Positions 9,068 to 18,304 of a stretch of 64,000 nt of DNA are shown in pieces. The notes under the pieces were generated by a model. That model saw only the letters and a list, made by a program, of their open reading frames with translations. It did no database searches and had not been told where the DNA came from. Made by a program: the position numbers and the translations under genes. The stretch is from Nanobdellota archaeon (GTDB lineage: Archaea; Nanobdellota; Nanobdellia; Pacearchaeales; GW2011-AR1), in contig JBBSXC010000003.1 in assembly GCA_038045945.1 (NCBI GenBank), forward strand, positions 160,001 through 224,000, written 5' to 3'. Each line of letters begins with the position of its first letter. Positions within the stretch are counted from its first letter, which is position 1.

Positions 9068-10045
9068 ATGCCTTTTAGTCAAGTGTTAGATAGCACCGAT
9101 AAAAAGATACTTTACGAGCTTAATTGGAATGCCCGCCAAAGCAACAACTCTATAGCTAAAAAACTAAGGATATCAAAACAGGTCACTAACTACAGAATTA
9201 AGAGAATGGAGAAAGACGGAATAATATCAAGTTATCACGCAGTTATAGATTGGAGAAGACTAGGATACAACGCCTTGCGAGTTTACATAAAATGGAACAA
9301 TATAACACTTGAAGAAGAAGCAAAAATTCACGAACATATAAGAAAAGACCCACTTTTTATGTGGTCTATAAAATTTGGTGGAGAGATTGATCTAGGATTC
9401 TACGTTTGGATAAAAGACATACCATCTTTTTCTAAACAATGGCAAGAATTCATAACAAAATACAAACAATTTATACAAAAATACGAAATTTATGAATCAG
9501 TAGAAATGATACATTACCCGATGAAGTTTCTGTGGCCAGAAAAAAAGAATACGGAAGAATTAACAATAGGACAAGAAAACTTTATTGATTACGATGACAA
9601 AGACTACCAAATACTAAAAGCAATAACAATAAACGGCAGAATACCAATACTGGAACTCTCAACAAAGATTAGACTAACACCAAAATCAATAATTAACAGA
9701 ATAAAAAATCTTGAGAAGAAAAAAATAATTGTTGGATACTACACACTAATTAATTCTGAACTAATAGGCTACCACTTCTACAAGGTAGACTTTTACCTTA
9801 ACAACCTAAAAAATATCAAACTAATGAACGACCACGCTAAAAACCATAATAACATTGTTTACAGAATGAACACGATTGGAGGACCAGATTTTGAAATTGA
9901 AGTAATGGTAGAAAACGTGGATGCTTTAGAAAAGATTATTACAGAAATAAGGAAAAATTTTGCTAAAGACATTAACTATTACAGAACTCACAGACTAGAA
10001 AAAACTATAAAACAGGTATACTTGCCAGGAGAAAGCACGATATGA
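9068..10045 (+). CDS. tandem (duplicated) Lrp/AsnC transcriptional regulator
   Basis: Two HTH+RAM units (LDSTDKKILYEL..NAR..RIKRMEKDGII; YDDKDYQILK..NGR..RIKNLEKKKII). Confidence 0.9.
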   Translation: MPFSQVLDSTDKKILYELNWNARQSNNSIAKKLRISKQVTNYRIKRMEKDGIISSYHAVIDWRRLGYNALRVYIKWNNITLEEEAKIHEHIRKDPLFMWSIKFGGEIDLGFYVWIKDIPSFSKQWQEFITKYKQFIQKYEIYESVEMIHYPMKFLWPEKKNTEELTIGQENFIDYDDKDYQILKAITINGRIPILELSTKIRLTPKSIINRIKNLEKKKIIVGYYTLINSELIGYHFYKVDFYLNNLKNIKLMNDHAKNHNNIVYRMNTIGGPDFEIEVMVENVDALEKIITEIRKNFAKDINYYRTHRLEKTIKQVYLPGESTI

Positions 10046-10124
10046 GAATAATGAAGATAAGCTTTATAATGACTTTCAGACTAAATAAACTAATGAAAAG
10101 AGGTCTTTTGTAAAAAAGTTCTAG

Positions 10125-11666
10125 ATGGGAATAAAGATTAATGATTTAGAAATGGATTTAAGTCCGGCAGTACCAGCACTAAAAATGATGAGTGATAAAA
10201 CTCAAGTAGACATAAGGTACCCTTTAATATCACCATTCGCATACGCGCACATATACTGGAATGAAGAACAAGGAGAATTACTATACGAATTAGAAGAACC
10301 AGTAATCACAGAACAAGAAAAAATAATACTAGAAGAATTAGAAGAAGCAATGAGAGACATAATAAACGTTGATGTAGTACACGAAAGAGACTTACAATCA
10401 CTAGTAGAATACACAGACAAAACAGCAAGACTACTAATATCAGAACTAAGCATATCACTAGACGAAGAAACATACAACAAACTATTCTACTACTTATTTC
10501 GAGACTTCGTAGGACTAAACGAAATAGAAGCAATAATGAAAGACTACTTCATAGAAGACATAGAATGTAACGGAGTAGACGCACCAATATACATAGTTCA
10601 CAGAATATACAGAAACATAAAAACAAATATTGTTTACAAAGATATTGAACAATTAGCAAGCTTCGTAGAAAAACTAGCACAAAAAGGCGGAAGGTACATA
10701 TCATACGCAAACCCATTACTAGACGCAACACTACCAGACGGAAGTAGAGTTAACGCAACATACACAAAAGACATAACAAGCAGAGGACCAACATTCACAA
10801 TAAGAAAATTCACAAAGATACCATGGACACCAATAAAACTATTATCATTCAACACGTTAAGCCCTGAGATGTTAGCATACTTTTGGATACTAGTACAACA
10901 CAGAGCAAACATACTAATAAGCGGGGGAACAGGAACAGGAAAAACAACCCTACTAAACGCAATAGCATTCTTCATACCACCAGAAGCAAGAGTAGTATCA
11001 ATTGAAGACACAAGAGAATTACAATTATCTAGAGAAAACTGGTTACCAACAGTGGCTAGAAGCGCATTATCAACAGGGCAAAGCGTTGGAGAAGTGGATA
11101 TGTTCTCACTGCTAAAAAACTCTTTCAGACAAAACCCCGATTACGTAATAGTTGGAGAAGTAAGAGGAAAAGAAGCTTCCGTTTTATTCCAAGGAATGGC
11201 ATCAGGCCACGCCAGTATGAGCACAATACACGCAGATAGCGTGCAAGGAGTAATAAGAAGACTTGAAACACCACCAATAGAATTATCACCAAGCCTTCTA
11301 GAAACATTAGACGCAGTAGTAATAATGAGTCATACTGTAGTAAACAAAAAAGAAACAAGACGCCTAAGAGAAGTCGTAGAAATAGTTGAAATAAACGATC
11401 ATGGAGAAGCAAAAGTAAACACACCATTCGTATGGAACCCTATAGGAGACACATTCTTCTTCAAAAAAGAAAGCGTAGTACTAAAAAAAATAGCTTACAA
11501 GTATGGAATAACATACGAAGAATTACAAAAAGAGTTCATGCTGAGAACAAGACTAATATACTCACTATACAAAAAAGGAGTTAACGACTTTGAAGAAATA
11601 CAAAGGATAATCCTAGACTACTACAAAGACCCTAATTCTGTGCTAAAAAAATACGGAGTAATATAA
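10125..11666 (+). CDS. type IV pilus/type II-IV secretion ATPase (ArlI/TadA/VirB11 family)
   Basis: Walker A GGTGTGKTT, IEDTRE, RQNPDYVIVGEVRG, GH..STIHA, TIRKF. Confidence 0.95.
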   Translation: MGIKINDLEMDLSPAVPALKMMSDKTQVDIRYPLISPFAYAHIYWNEEQGELLYELEEPVITEQEKIILEELEEAMRDIINVDVVHERDLQSLVEYTDKTARLLISELSISLDEETYNKLFYYLFRDFVGLNEIEAIMKDYFIEDIECNGVDAPIYIVHRIYRNIKTNIVYKDIEQLASFVEKLAQKGGRYISYANPLLDATLPDGSRVNATYTKDITSRGPTFTIRKFTKIPWTPIKLLSFNTLSPEMLAYFWILVQHRANILISGGTGTGKTTLLNAIAFFIPPEARVVSIEDTRELQLSRENWLPTVARSALSTGQSVGEVDMFSLLKNSFRQNPDYVIVGEVRGKEASVLFQGMASGHASMSTIHADSVQGVIRRLETPPIELSPSLLETLDAVVIMSHTVVNKKETRRLREVVEIVEINDHGEAKVNTPFVWNPIGDTFFFKKESVVLKKIAYKYGITYEELQKEFMLRTRLIYSLYKKGVNDFEEIQRIILDYYKDPNSVLKKYGVI

Positions 11667-11670
11667 AAAC

Positions 11671-11835
11671 ATGGATGACAGAAAAATAGAATTAATAACA
11701 CAACTAGTAGAAACGATGAATGACGACCTAACAAAACTTAAAGAATCATACGAAAAAAAAGATATTGAAAAATTAAAAAAAATAAAAGAAGAAATGATAA
11801 AAATTCAAAAAAAGATAGAAGAAGTAACAAAATGA
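11671..11835 (+). CDS. 54-aa helical protein missing from the ORF track
   Basis: MDDRKIELITQLVETMNDDLTKLKESYEKKDIEKLKKIKEEMIKIQKKIEEVTK; fills the gap and overlaps the next ATG by ATGA. Confidence 0.75.
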   Translation: MDDRKIELITQLVETMNDDLTKLKESYEKKDIEKLKKIKEEMIKIQKKIEEVTK

Positions 11836-13154
11836 CACTACAAAACTTATCAGACAACATAAAAAAACAAAGAGAACTAACAAAAGAACTAAAATACTTT
11901 AATGAATACTTAGAAAGAAGACTATCAGATATACCAGAAAGAAAAGATGCAGAGTTAGACTTATTCTCAAGAACTATGAATTCTCTAATGACACAACTAA
12001 AAATAGTAAACTCATCAATACCAGAACTACTAAAAAATTTATCAATATCACAAAAACTACCAGAAAGCAGGAGTTACCAAACAAAAGACGAAGTAAAAAA
12101 CTTAGTAAAAGTAGAATACAACAACTCAAGAAAAAAGTTAGAATCAGTAACACTAAAAAAAGACGATAAACAAAAATACTTCAAGGAATTAAGAATAAGT
12201 TCAGAACTAATAAGCAAACTAAGAGGAAGAATAGAAAAAAAGCCAACAGTTGGAGGAATAAGCTTACAATCACCAAGTTTGTACGGAAAAATATCAAACT
12301 TTTTCTATAGAAAAACATCAAAAAGACTACTAGACAAAGGACACTTCAGAAACCTTAATATTTCTTTAAGAAAAAGTAATAGCCCATTCATAATAAACAC
12401 TTACTTATCAATAATGCTATTCACACTAACAATACTATTACCTGTAGGAATAGTAATATCATCAATACTAGCAAAAATAGGATGGTTAGGATCAGGATTA
12501 ACAGAAGTAATGGTCTTTAAACAAATAGGAGTAATAATAGGAGTTGAACTAGCGGCATGGATAATAATATATTTTTCTCCAGCAATGGACGTATCAGCAG
12601 CAGCAAAAAAAATAGAACAAGAACTACCATTCGTAACAGTGCACATGGCGGCAATAGCAGGAAGTGGAATAGAACCTAGTAAAATATTCTCAATAATAGT
12701 AGCAAGTGACGACTACCCAAACGCAAGAAAAGAAATAATAAAAGTCATAAACCAAATAAACTATTACGGTTACGACTTGGTAAACGCACTAAAAAACGTA
12801 GCTAAAGGAACAAGCAGCGTAAAACTAGCAGAATTATTCAAGGGACTTGCAACAACTATATCAGGAGGAGGCTCACTAGAAGCATTCTTACATAAAAGAG
12901 CAGAAACACTCCTACTAGACTACAGACTAGACAGAGAAAAATACACTCACATAGCAGAAAACTTCATGAATATTTACATAGCACTAGTAATAGCAGCACC
13001 TATGATATTCTTACTATTACTAATACTAATAGGAATAAGCGGAACGGGACTTAACTACACACCATTCCAACTAAGCATAATGATAATATCAGGAGTTATA
13101 ATAATAAACATAATATTCTTAGTAGCAATAAACGCAAAACAACCAACGTACTGA
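11832..13154 (+). CDS. pilus platform membrane protein (TadC/ArlJ, T2SS-F family)
   Basis: IEQELPF..HM..IAGSG, G.DL..AL, ISGGGSL, C-terminal TMs; downstream of ATPase. Confidence 0.9.
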   Translation: MTLQNLSDNIKKQRELTKELKYFNEYLERRLSDIPERKDAELDLFSRTMNSLMTQLKIVNSSIPELLKNLSISQKLPESRSYQTKDEVKNLVKVEYNNSRKKLESVTLKKDDKQKYFKELRISSELISKLRGRIEKKPTVGGISLQSPSLYGKISNFFYRKTSKRLLDKGHFRNLNISLRKSNSPFIINTYLSIMLFTLTILLPVGIVISSILAKIGWLGSGLTEVMVFKQIGVIIGVELAAWIIIYFSPAMDVSAAAKKIEQELPFVTVHMAAIAGSGIEPSKIFSIIVASDDYPNARKEIIKVINQINYYGYDLVNALKNVAKGTSSVKLAELFKGLATTISGGGSLEAFLHKRAETLLLDYRLDREKYTHIAENFMNIYIALVIAAPMIFLLLLILIGISGTGLNYTPFQLSIMIISGVIIINIIFLVAINAKQPTY

Positions 13155-13218
13155 CAAAGGTTCAAAGGAAACAAGAGCTATAAAACAATTTAAATATAAC
13201 AAAAATCTACTAATAAGC

Positions 13219-14454
13219 ATGAAAAGGTTAATGATTTTTATACTAGGACTTATTTTAGTAACAACTCTTGTTATGGCTTCACCACCATCACCTCCCTCTC
13301 AAGCAGCATGCTCAGTACCAATATGTGATGGAAGAGTCGATACAGGAATTAAAGACAGTAACGGATGCACAATCTATGACTGCCCAACAACCCCAATAAC
13401 TTGCTCAATGCCAGCATGTGAAAATTATGAAGTAATGGGCAAAGACCCTAACACAGGATGCTCAATCTATGCTTGTCAAACAACACCAGGACCAAAATCA
13501 TGCACAGCACCAATTTGCGAAGGAAGACAAGACAGCGGAAATAAAGATGCTAATGGCTGTCCGATATACACATGCCAAACACGAAGCAACGATTACGTAA
13601 GCGAAACAATAACATGCAAATTTATTGATTCTAAAGAAGAACAAGGATGCTACGCAGTATCAGGAAGCTCAACAACAGTAGAAGCTAACACACAAAAAAT
13701 TACAAGTTGTAAAGGCATAGAAAGTTGCAGTTTCAAATTCAATTCACAAAAAGGAGAAAAAGTAACATGGAAAAGCACTTGTGGAGGATACGGATACACG
13801 ACCCAAGATGGTAATGATGAAGAAATAAAGTTTTGTGATACCCAAGAAACAAGACCAGGAGTAACACCAATCGAGATAAAAGGTGACGGATTCATGATAG
13901 CTTACTGGCAATGTCATAACGGTGAAGAACAAAAAGAGTCAGAAGAAGAATGTAAGTCATACGCAGAATGGCAAAGTAAAGCTTCAGAATCATGCTATAA
14001 TAAGTGCTCAAATACAAACGGAGTTGACAAATGCGGAGTTAACTCATTCAGCCTAATAAGAGAATGCCACCTAGAAAAGGAGGATGAAAGCTCAGGCGGA
14101 AGCGGTGGAGGCTCATCAGGAAGCGATTCGTCAGACAAATGCCCAGATTACAAAGAAGCATGCGACTTTGGCAAGGAAAGTGCTTGCAAAATATGGAAAG
14201 AAGAATGTGGTATTGACGAAAAAGTAACTATTTGTAAAGATTCATGCTCACTTGACAGCAAGTGTTACCCATTTGGGTATAGAAAGAGCGGGAATTATTG
14301 TTCTGATAGTGGCTCTTTCACAAAACAATTTGAATCAGAATCACAATGCGATAACAACTTTGAGTGTGGAAGCAATTTGTGTGTTTCAAACCAGTGCGTA
14401 AGTCAAGGACTAATAGAACAAATAATGGCTTGGTTTAAAAGCATATTCGGATAA
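13219..14454 (+). CDS. secreted Cys-rich repeat protein
   Basis: Signal peptide; three C..P.C...G.KD..GC.IY.C repeats; C-terminal C.NNFEC.SN.C motif. Confidence 0.8.
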   Translation: MKRLMIFILGLILVTTLVMASPPSPPSQAACSVPICDGRVDTGIKDSNGCTIYDCPTTPITCSMPACENYEVMGKDPNTGCSIYACQTTPGPKSCTAPICEGRQDSGNKDANGCPIYTCQTRSNDYVSETITCKFIDSKEEQGCYAVSGSSTTVEANTQKITSCKGIESCSFKFNSQKGEKVTWKSTCGGYGYTTQDGNDEEIKFCDTQETRPGVTPIEIKGDGFMIAYWQCHNGEEQKESEEECKSYAEWQSKASESCYNKCSNTNGVDKCGVNSFSLIRECHLEKEDESSGGSGGGSSGSDSSDKCPDYKEACDFGKESACKIWKEECGIDEKVTICKDSCSLDSKCYPFGYRKSGNYCSDSGSFTKQFESESQCDNNFECGSNLCVSNQCVSQGLIEQIMAWFKSIFG

Positions 14455-14458
14455 AAAA

Positions 14459-14746
14459 ATGGTTAGAATAGAAAACCCTCTTGCAATAGCTAGTACATTT
14501 CTTGTAATGGGATTATTCTTATTAATAATAGGTTACTTCATATACAGAAAACCAGAAAAATTTATAGGAATACGTTTCGTTAGAGGAGTGGGAGGGTACA
14601 ACTTAAGCAATAAAGGTTTCTGGAAAACTTATAATCAAAGGTACGGAAAAGAAAAAGCCATAAAATACATGAAGATAAACGGGGCAATACTAATGATTCT
14701 TGGAATAATTATGACCGTTTTTGGTATAATAAAGTTCTTTATATAA
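14459..14746 (+). CDS. small 2-TM membrane protein
   Basis: Two hydrophobic segments. Confidence 0.65.
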   Translation: MVRIENPLAIASTFLVMGLFLLIIGYFIYRKPEKFIGIRFVRGVGGYNLSNKGFWKTYNQRYGKEKAIKYMKINGAILMILGIIMTVFGIIKFFI

Positions 14747-14750
14747 AAAA

Positions 14751-15875
14751 TTATTTGTTATCTACACCTATTGCTTGGCTAATATTATCATAACCGTCAT
14801 TAGCAAGAAGCTTTGCTAATCCCTCATTAATTTCACTAATAACACTAGGACCGTTATAAATCATACCAGTAATCAGTTGAATAAGTGTTGCTCCAAGCTT
14901 AATCTTCTCATAAGCATCAATAGCCGTAAAAACGCCACCACAACCAATAATTACGAATCTCTTACCATAATTCTTGTAAGCAAAAGCAATAAGCCTGTTA
15001 CTTAGCTCTTTAGTTGGTAAACCACTAAGAGCGCCCTTACGATTAGCCAAAAGTGCTACCTCACTTTTGTCCAACCGAGGATTATCCCTATTCTTAGTTA
15101 AGTTACCAAAAATTAATCCACTAACATTATGCTTTAATGCAACCTCGCACAAACCCTTAGTCTCAAAAATCGATAAATCAGTCGGCATCTTAAGAAAAAC
15201 AGGTTTACTTATATCAAGTTTATCAATCTTTGATAATAACTTATTAAGCTTCTTAGGAGTAGTAAAGGGTTCACCACCAAAAGCGTTAGGACAAGAAACG
15301 TTTATTTCATAAAAATCACCCACACCATTATCAACTAGTAACTTTAGGGTATCAAAATAGTCATTAATCCCTTGCGCTTCATTAACTGTCCTTTCACAAT
15401 TAGTTTTAGCAACACTAACACCTAAAGGTATAGAGAAAGCCTTATTTTTTAAAGAAAAAACTATTTTTTTTGCGCCAAGATTCTTAAGCCCCTTATTAAC
15501 AAGAATAGACTTAGAATTAGGAAGTCTTAGAAGTCTAGGCTTAGGATTACCTTCATAAGAACCCCTAGTTATTGAACCAATAGTCGAAAAACCAAAACCT
15601 ACACTAGGAAGAATTTGTGTAAGACGGCCGTTATAATCAAAACCAGCAGATAAACCAATAGGGTTAGAAAAATTTATTCCAAGAACATTCTGATTTAAAA
15701 CTTTGTTATTATAAGAAAAAAAACTTTTAGTTAAAGTTTTAGTTAAAATGTTAGAACCTAAACTTTCCCCTATAGAAACAAAAGAGTCATGAACTACTTC
15801 AGGATCAAACTTAAAGAGTATTGGCTTAACTAAAACCCTATAAACAAAACCATTAATTTTTTGACGAATAACCAT
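14751..15875 (-). CDS. pyrD: dihydroorotate dehydrogenase, class 2 (quinone type)
   Basis: DPE..H N-terminus, NPIGLSAGFD, GNPKPRL.RL, NVSCPN, GALSG, IIGCGG, GATLIQL.TG. Confidence 0.92.
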   Translation of the reverse strand: MVIRQKINGFVYRVLVKPILFKFDPEVVHDSFVSIGESLGSNILTKTLTKSFFSYNNKVLNQNVLGINFSNPIGLSAGFDYNGRLTQILPSVGFGFSTIGSITRGSYEGNPKPRLLRLPNSKSILVNKGLKNLGAKKIVFSLKNKAFSIPLGVSVAKTNCERTVNEAQGINDYFDTLKLLVDNGVGDFYEINVSCPNAFGGEPFTTPKKLNKLLSKIDKLDISKPVFLKMPTDLSIFETKGLCEVALKHNVSGLIFGNLTKNRDNPRLDKSEVALLANRKGALSGLPTKELSNRLIAFAYKNYGKRFVIIGCGGVFTAIDAYEKIKLGATLIQLITGMIYNGPSVISEINEGLAKLLANDGYDNISQAIGVDNK

Positions 15876-15880
15876 TTTTT

Positions 15881-16285
15881 TTATTCAACTATAAGTGTTC
15901 CAGTACCCATGCCCATACCACACCTAAAAGTGAATGATCCTTTTTTGTCAGGGGTGAAATTAATAGTATCGCTAGGCGATGATGATAACTCATCAACACC
16001 AAAGTCAGGGATGACAAAACTTCTAAAACAACCACTAACGCTACTATCAAGAGTAATACTAACAGGCAGACCCATCTTAACTCTTATAGTATTAGGATAA
16101 TAATTATAGTTTTTGTAACTAATAACAACTTTTTGAGCATTAGAATCAATAGTGCCGTTATCAGAACCGCCAGAATCAGAAGAGTTAGACTTAACAAAGA
16201 AAACTATAGCAATAACAACTATTAGAACTAAAGTAGCATACTTCCAAAACTTACTCTTATCAATAGTTATTGTATCCTCGCTCAT
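15881..16285 (-). CDS. membrane-anchored cupredoxin-domain protein
   Basis: N-terminal TM, YYPNTI.VK.G.PV, GC, FRCGMGM. Confidence 0.85.
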   Translation of the reverse strand: MSEDTITIDKSKFWKYATLVLIVVIAIVFFVKSNSSDSGGSDNGTIDSNAQKVVISYKNYNYYPNTIRVKMGLPVSITLDSSVSGCFRSFVIPDFGVDELSSSPSDTINFTPDKKGSFTFRCGMGMGTGTLIVE

Positions 16286-16968
16286 TATCCAAATAATGCA
16301 CTCCTAGGCCCGTTTACTATTATCCAAGTAGTTAATGCTATAAGCACAAAAGTTACCATTATAGTACTAAAGTTGTCATCACTCTTAACAGTGTTCATCT
16401 CCCTCATCTCTTTATAAATCATGTAGTTTAAACCAAACATGATTATTGCTGAAACTATGAAAACTATCACTGATATAGCTTTTAAGTTATCATTAAGCAT
16501 CATCACAGCAGTCATAGGACCCATAAGTCCGCCCATGAATCCAGCCATTGTTCCTTCCATGACCCCCATTATTCCGCAGCATTTACCGTTATACACTCCC
16601 ATTGTTATGCCAACTATTAATCCGAAAACACTCCCAACAAACATTCCATTAGTTGCACCAATATAGAATCCTGATAAGAAACCAGCAATCATACCAATAG
16701 TCATACCAACCATCATACCAGCCATACAACCCATTTCACGATAAGCCCTAACTTGTTTAAGAGTAGGAATAATCAAAGCATAAGATAAAGCAGCAAAAAC
16801 TAAGAAGAACCCGTACTTAGGCATAAAGTCAGTTATTGTCTTAAACTTAAAAAAATAGAGCAAACCTAAAAAAACTATAGAAGTAATAACTGAATAAACC
16901 GCAGTCTTAACTATTTCTCCCTCAACCCTACTACCAAATAATTCTTTACTAAATTGTTTGAATGACAT
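16285..16968 (-). CDS. Met/Gly-rich multi-TM protein, likely copper related
   Basis: CMAGMMVGMTIGM, CCG.MG.MEG.MAG.MGGLMG.M in TM segments. Confidence 0.75.
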   Translation of the reverse strand: MSFKQFSKELFGSRVEGEIVKTAVYSVITSIVFLGLLYFFKFKTITDFMPKYGFFLVFAALSYALIIPTLKQVRAYREMGCMAGMMVGMTIGMIAGFLSGFYIGATNGMFVGSVFGLIVGITMGVYNGKCCGIMGVMEGTMAGFMGGLMGPMTAVMMLNDNLKAISVIVFIVSAIIMFGLNYMIYKEMREMNTVKSDDNFSTIMVTFVLIALTTWIIVNGPRSALFG

Positions 16969-17000
16969 AAAATAATTATTATTCGGACCTATATAAGCCC

Positions 17001-17024
17001 TTTTATGAAACTAGTTTCATAAAA
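17001..17024. promoter_or_regulatory. perfect 24-bp palindrome just upstream of the TATA box of 16285-16968
   Basis: TTTTATGAAACTAGTTTCATAAAA equals its reverse complement; minus-strand TTATATAG at 16996-16989. Confidence 0.75.
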
Positions 17025-17025
17025 A

Positions 17026-17442
17026 CTATTTCTTATAAATCCTTAATAATTCTCTCCAAAAGAAGAATCCGATTATGGGAAAAGCTAAAGCACTTATTAA
17101 ACCAGGATAATAACCTCCAACAATAATTGCTTTGTAAAAGTGGTGTAATTCATAGACCATAATAATCCCAGGCACTATCATCATTCGTAACTGCCATTTT
17201 GGACTTTTAATCATAAAATAAGTAACAATCAAAGCAAGCCAAAACATTATCTGAAAAGTTAAGAAGATTGAAGCCATAGGTGTCATATTCTTAACAAAGC
17301 TAAAGACAAACAATACATGAGAATCTATGTTATAAAAGCCGGTTGCTAATTCTTCAATGCCATGTATAATCCATAAAATAATTCCAATTAAAAATAAGTT
17401 CTTCAGTTTCTTAGAAATAACAACATCCCTTGAAAATTTCAT
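17026..17442 (-). CDS. HXXEE-domain membrane protein
   Basis: HGIEE motif, YELHH, YYPGL, four TMs. Confidence 0.8.
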   Translation of the reverse strand: MKFSRDVVISKKLKNLFLIGIILWIIHGIEELATGFYNIDSHVLFVFSFVKNMTPMASIFLTFQIMFWLALIVTYFMIKSPKWQLRMMIVPGIIMVYELHHFYKAIIVGGYYPGLISALAFPIIGFFFWRELLRIYKK

Positions 17443-17921
17443 TTCAACACCACTATATTATTCATTCCTCTTCTCTTCCGCTCTATGAATCCCCGGTTTT
17501 CTAAACGGTCAAGAATTCTAGACATACCAACTTTTGATATCCCAGTCTTATCAATGAGGTCTGCTTGGAAAACTGCCTTGTTCTCTTTTAGAATCTTAAG
17601 TATTTCTTTTTCTTGATTATCAAGATGTGATTCATCAAGTTTCTTAGTTATTATTTTTTCTTTGACTTTCCTTATAATAACTCGTTCTTTAGGTTTGTTA
17701 AAAACAAGAACAAAACCTATTATTACTAGTACCCCAACTATTGCCAAAGAAAGATAAGTCTGTTGCGTTATGGTTTCATAAGCTGGACAAAAACCATCCA
17801 AGTGTTCAACAGTGCATGTAGAATCAACAATGTCTTTCATGGCAGTGTTGAATAAGAAAATGATACCAATTATCAAAACAGAAATACCAATAATTAACCA
17901 ACCAACATTCTTATTCTCCAT
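17439..17921 (-). CDS. membrane-anchored winged-helix (MarR-like) regulator
   Basis: Two TMs around a CTVEHLDGFCP loop; C-terminal Q.DL...TG.SK...SRILDRLE.RG.IER.RRGM.N. Confidence 0.85.
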   Translation of the reverse strand: MENKNVGWLIIGISVLIIGIIFLFNTAMKDIVDSTCTVEHLDGFCPAYETITQQTYLSLAIVGVLVIIGFVLVFNKPKERVIIRKVKEKIITKKLDESHLDNQEKEILKILKENKAVFQADLIDKTGISKVGMSRILDRLENRGFIERKRRGMNNIVVLK

Positions 17922-17998
17922 GATATAAACACACTAATAATCGTTTAAATAAGTTATGAAATACAAATATAAAAACAAAAAAAAGATTAAACTAATAC

Positions 17999-18304
17999 TC
18001 ACTTTCGTTTATTAGCGTTTTTTATTAGCCAATAAATCGCAGCTACTATTAAAGCGATTATAAGCAAGTATGTTATCCAACTTAGGAATATGAATCCTCC
18101 GCCGTAGTTGCCGTAACCCCACATAGCCTGCATCATTCCACCCATACCATAACCGTATCCGCCATTGGCATTATCTACTTGATAGAATTGCCCGTTACTT
18201 CCCATCATACCATAACGATAATTATCACTTTGAGCAGAAACTAAACTTACAGCTAATAAAAGAAGTATTCCAAAAACCATTAATAAATTATTATTTTTCA
18301 TCAT
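17999..18304 (-). CDS. small membrane protein with signal peptide and GMM repeats
   Basis: YGMMG, GMGGMM, C-terminal TM; coupled to the copA stop. Confidence 0.7.
   Translation of the reverse strand: MMKNNNLLMVFGILLLLAVSLVSAQSDNYRYGMMGSNGQFYQVDNANGGYGYGMGGMMQAMWGYGNYGGGFIFLSWITYLLIIALIVAAIYWLIKNANKRK

Noticed and set aside
10125-13154. Archaellum operon
   Set aside because: No ArlH, ArlF/G or archaellin-type sequences recognised; gene set fits a pilus.
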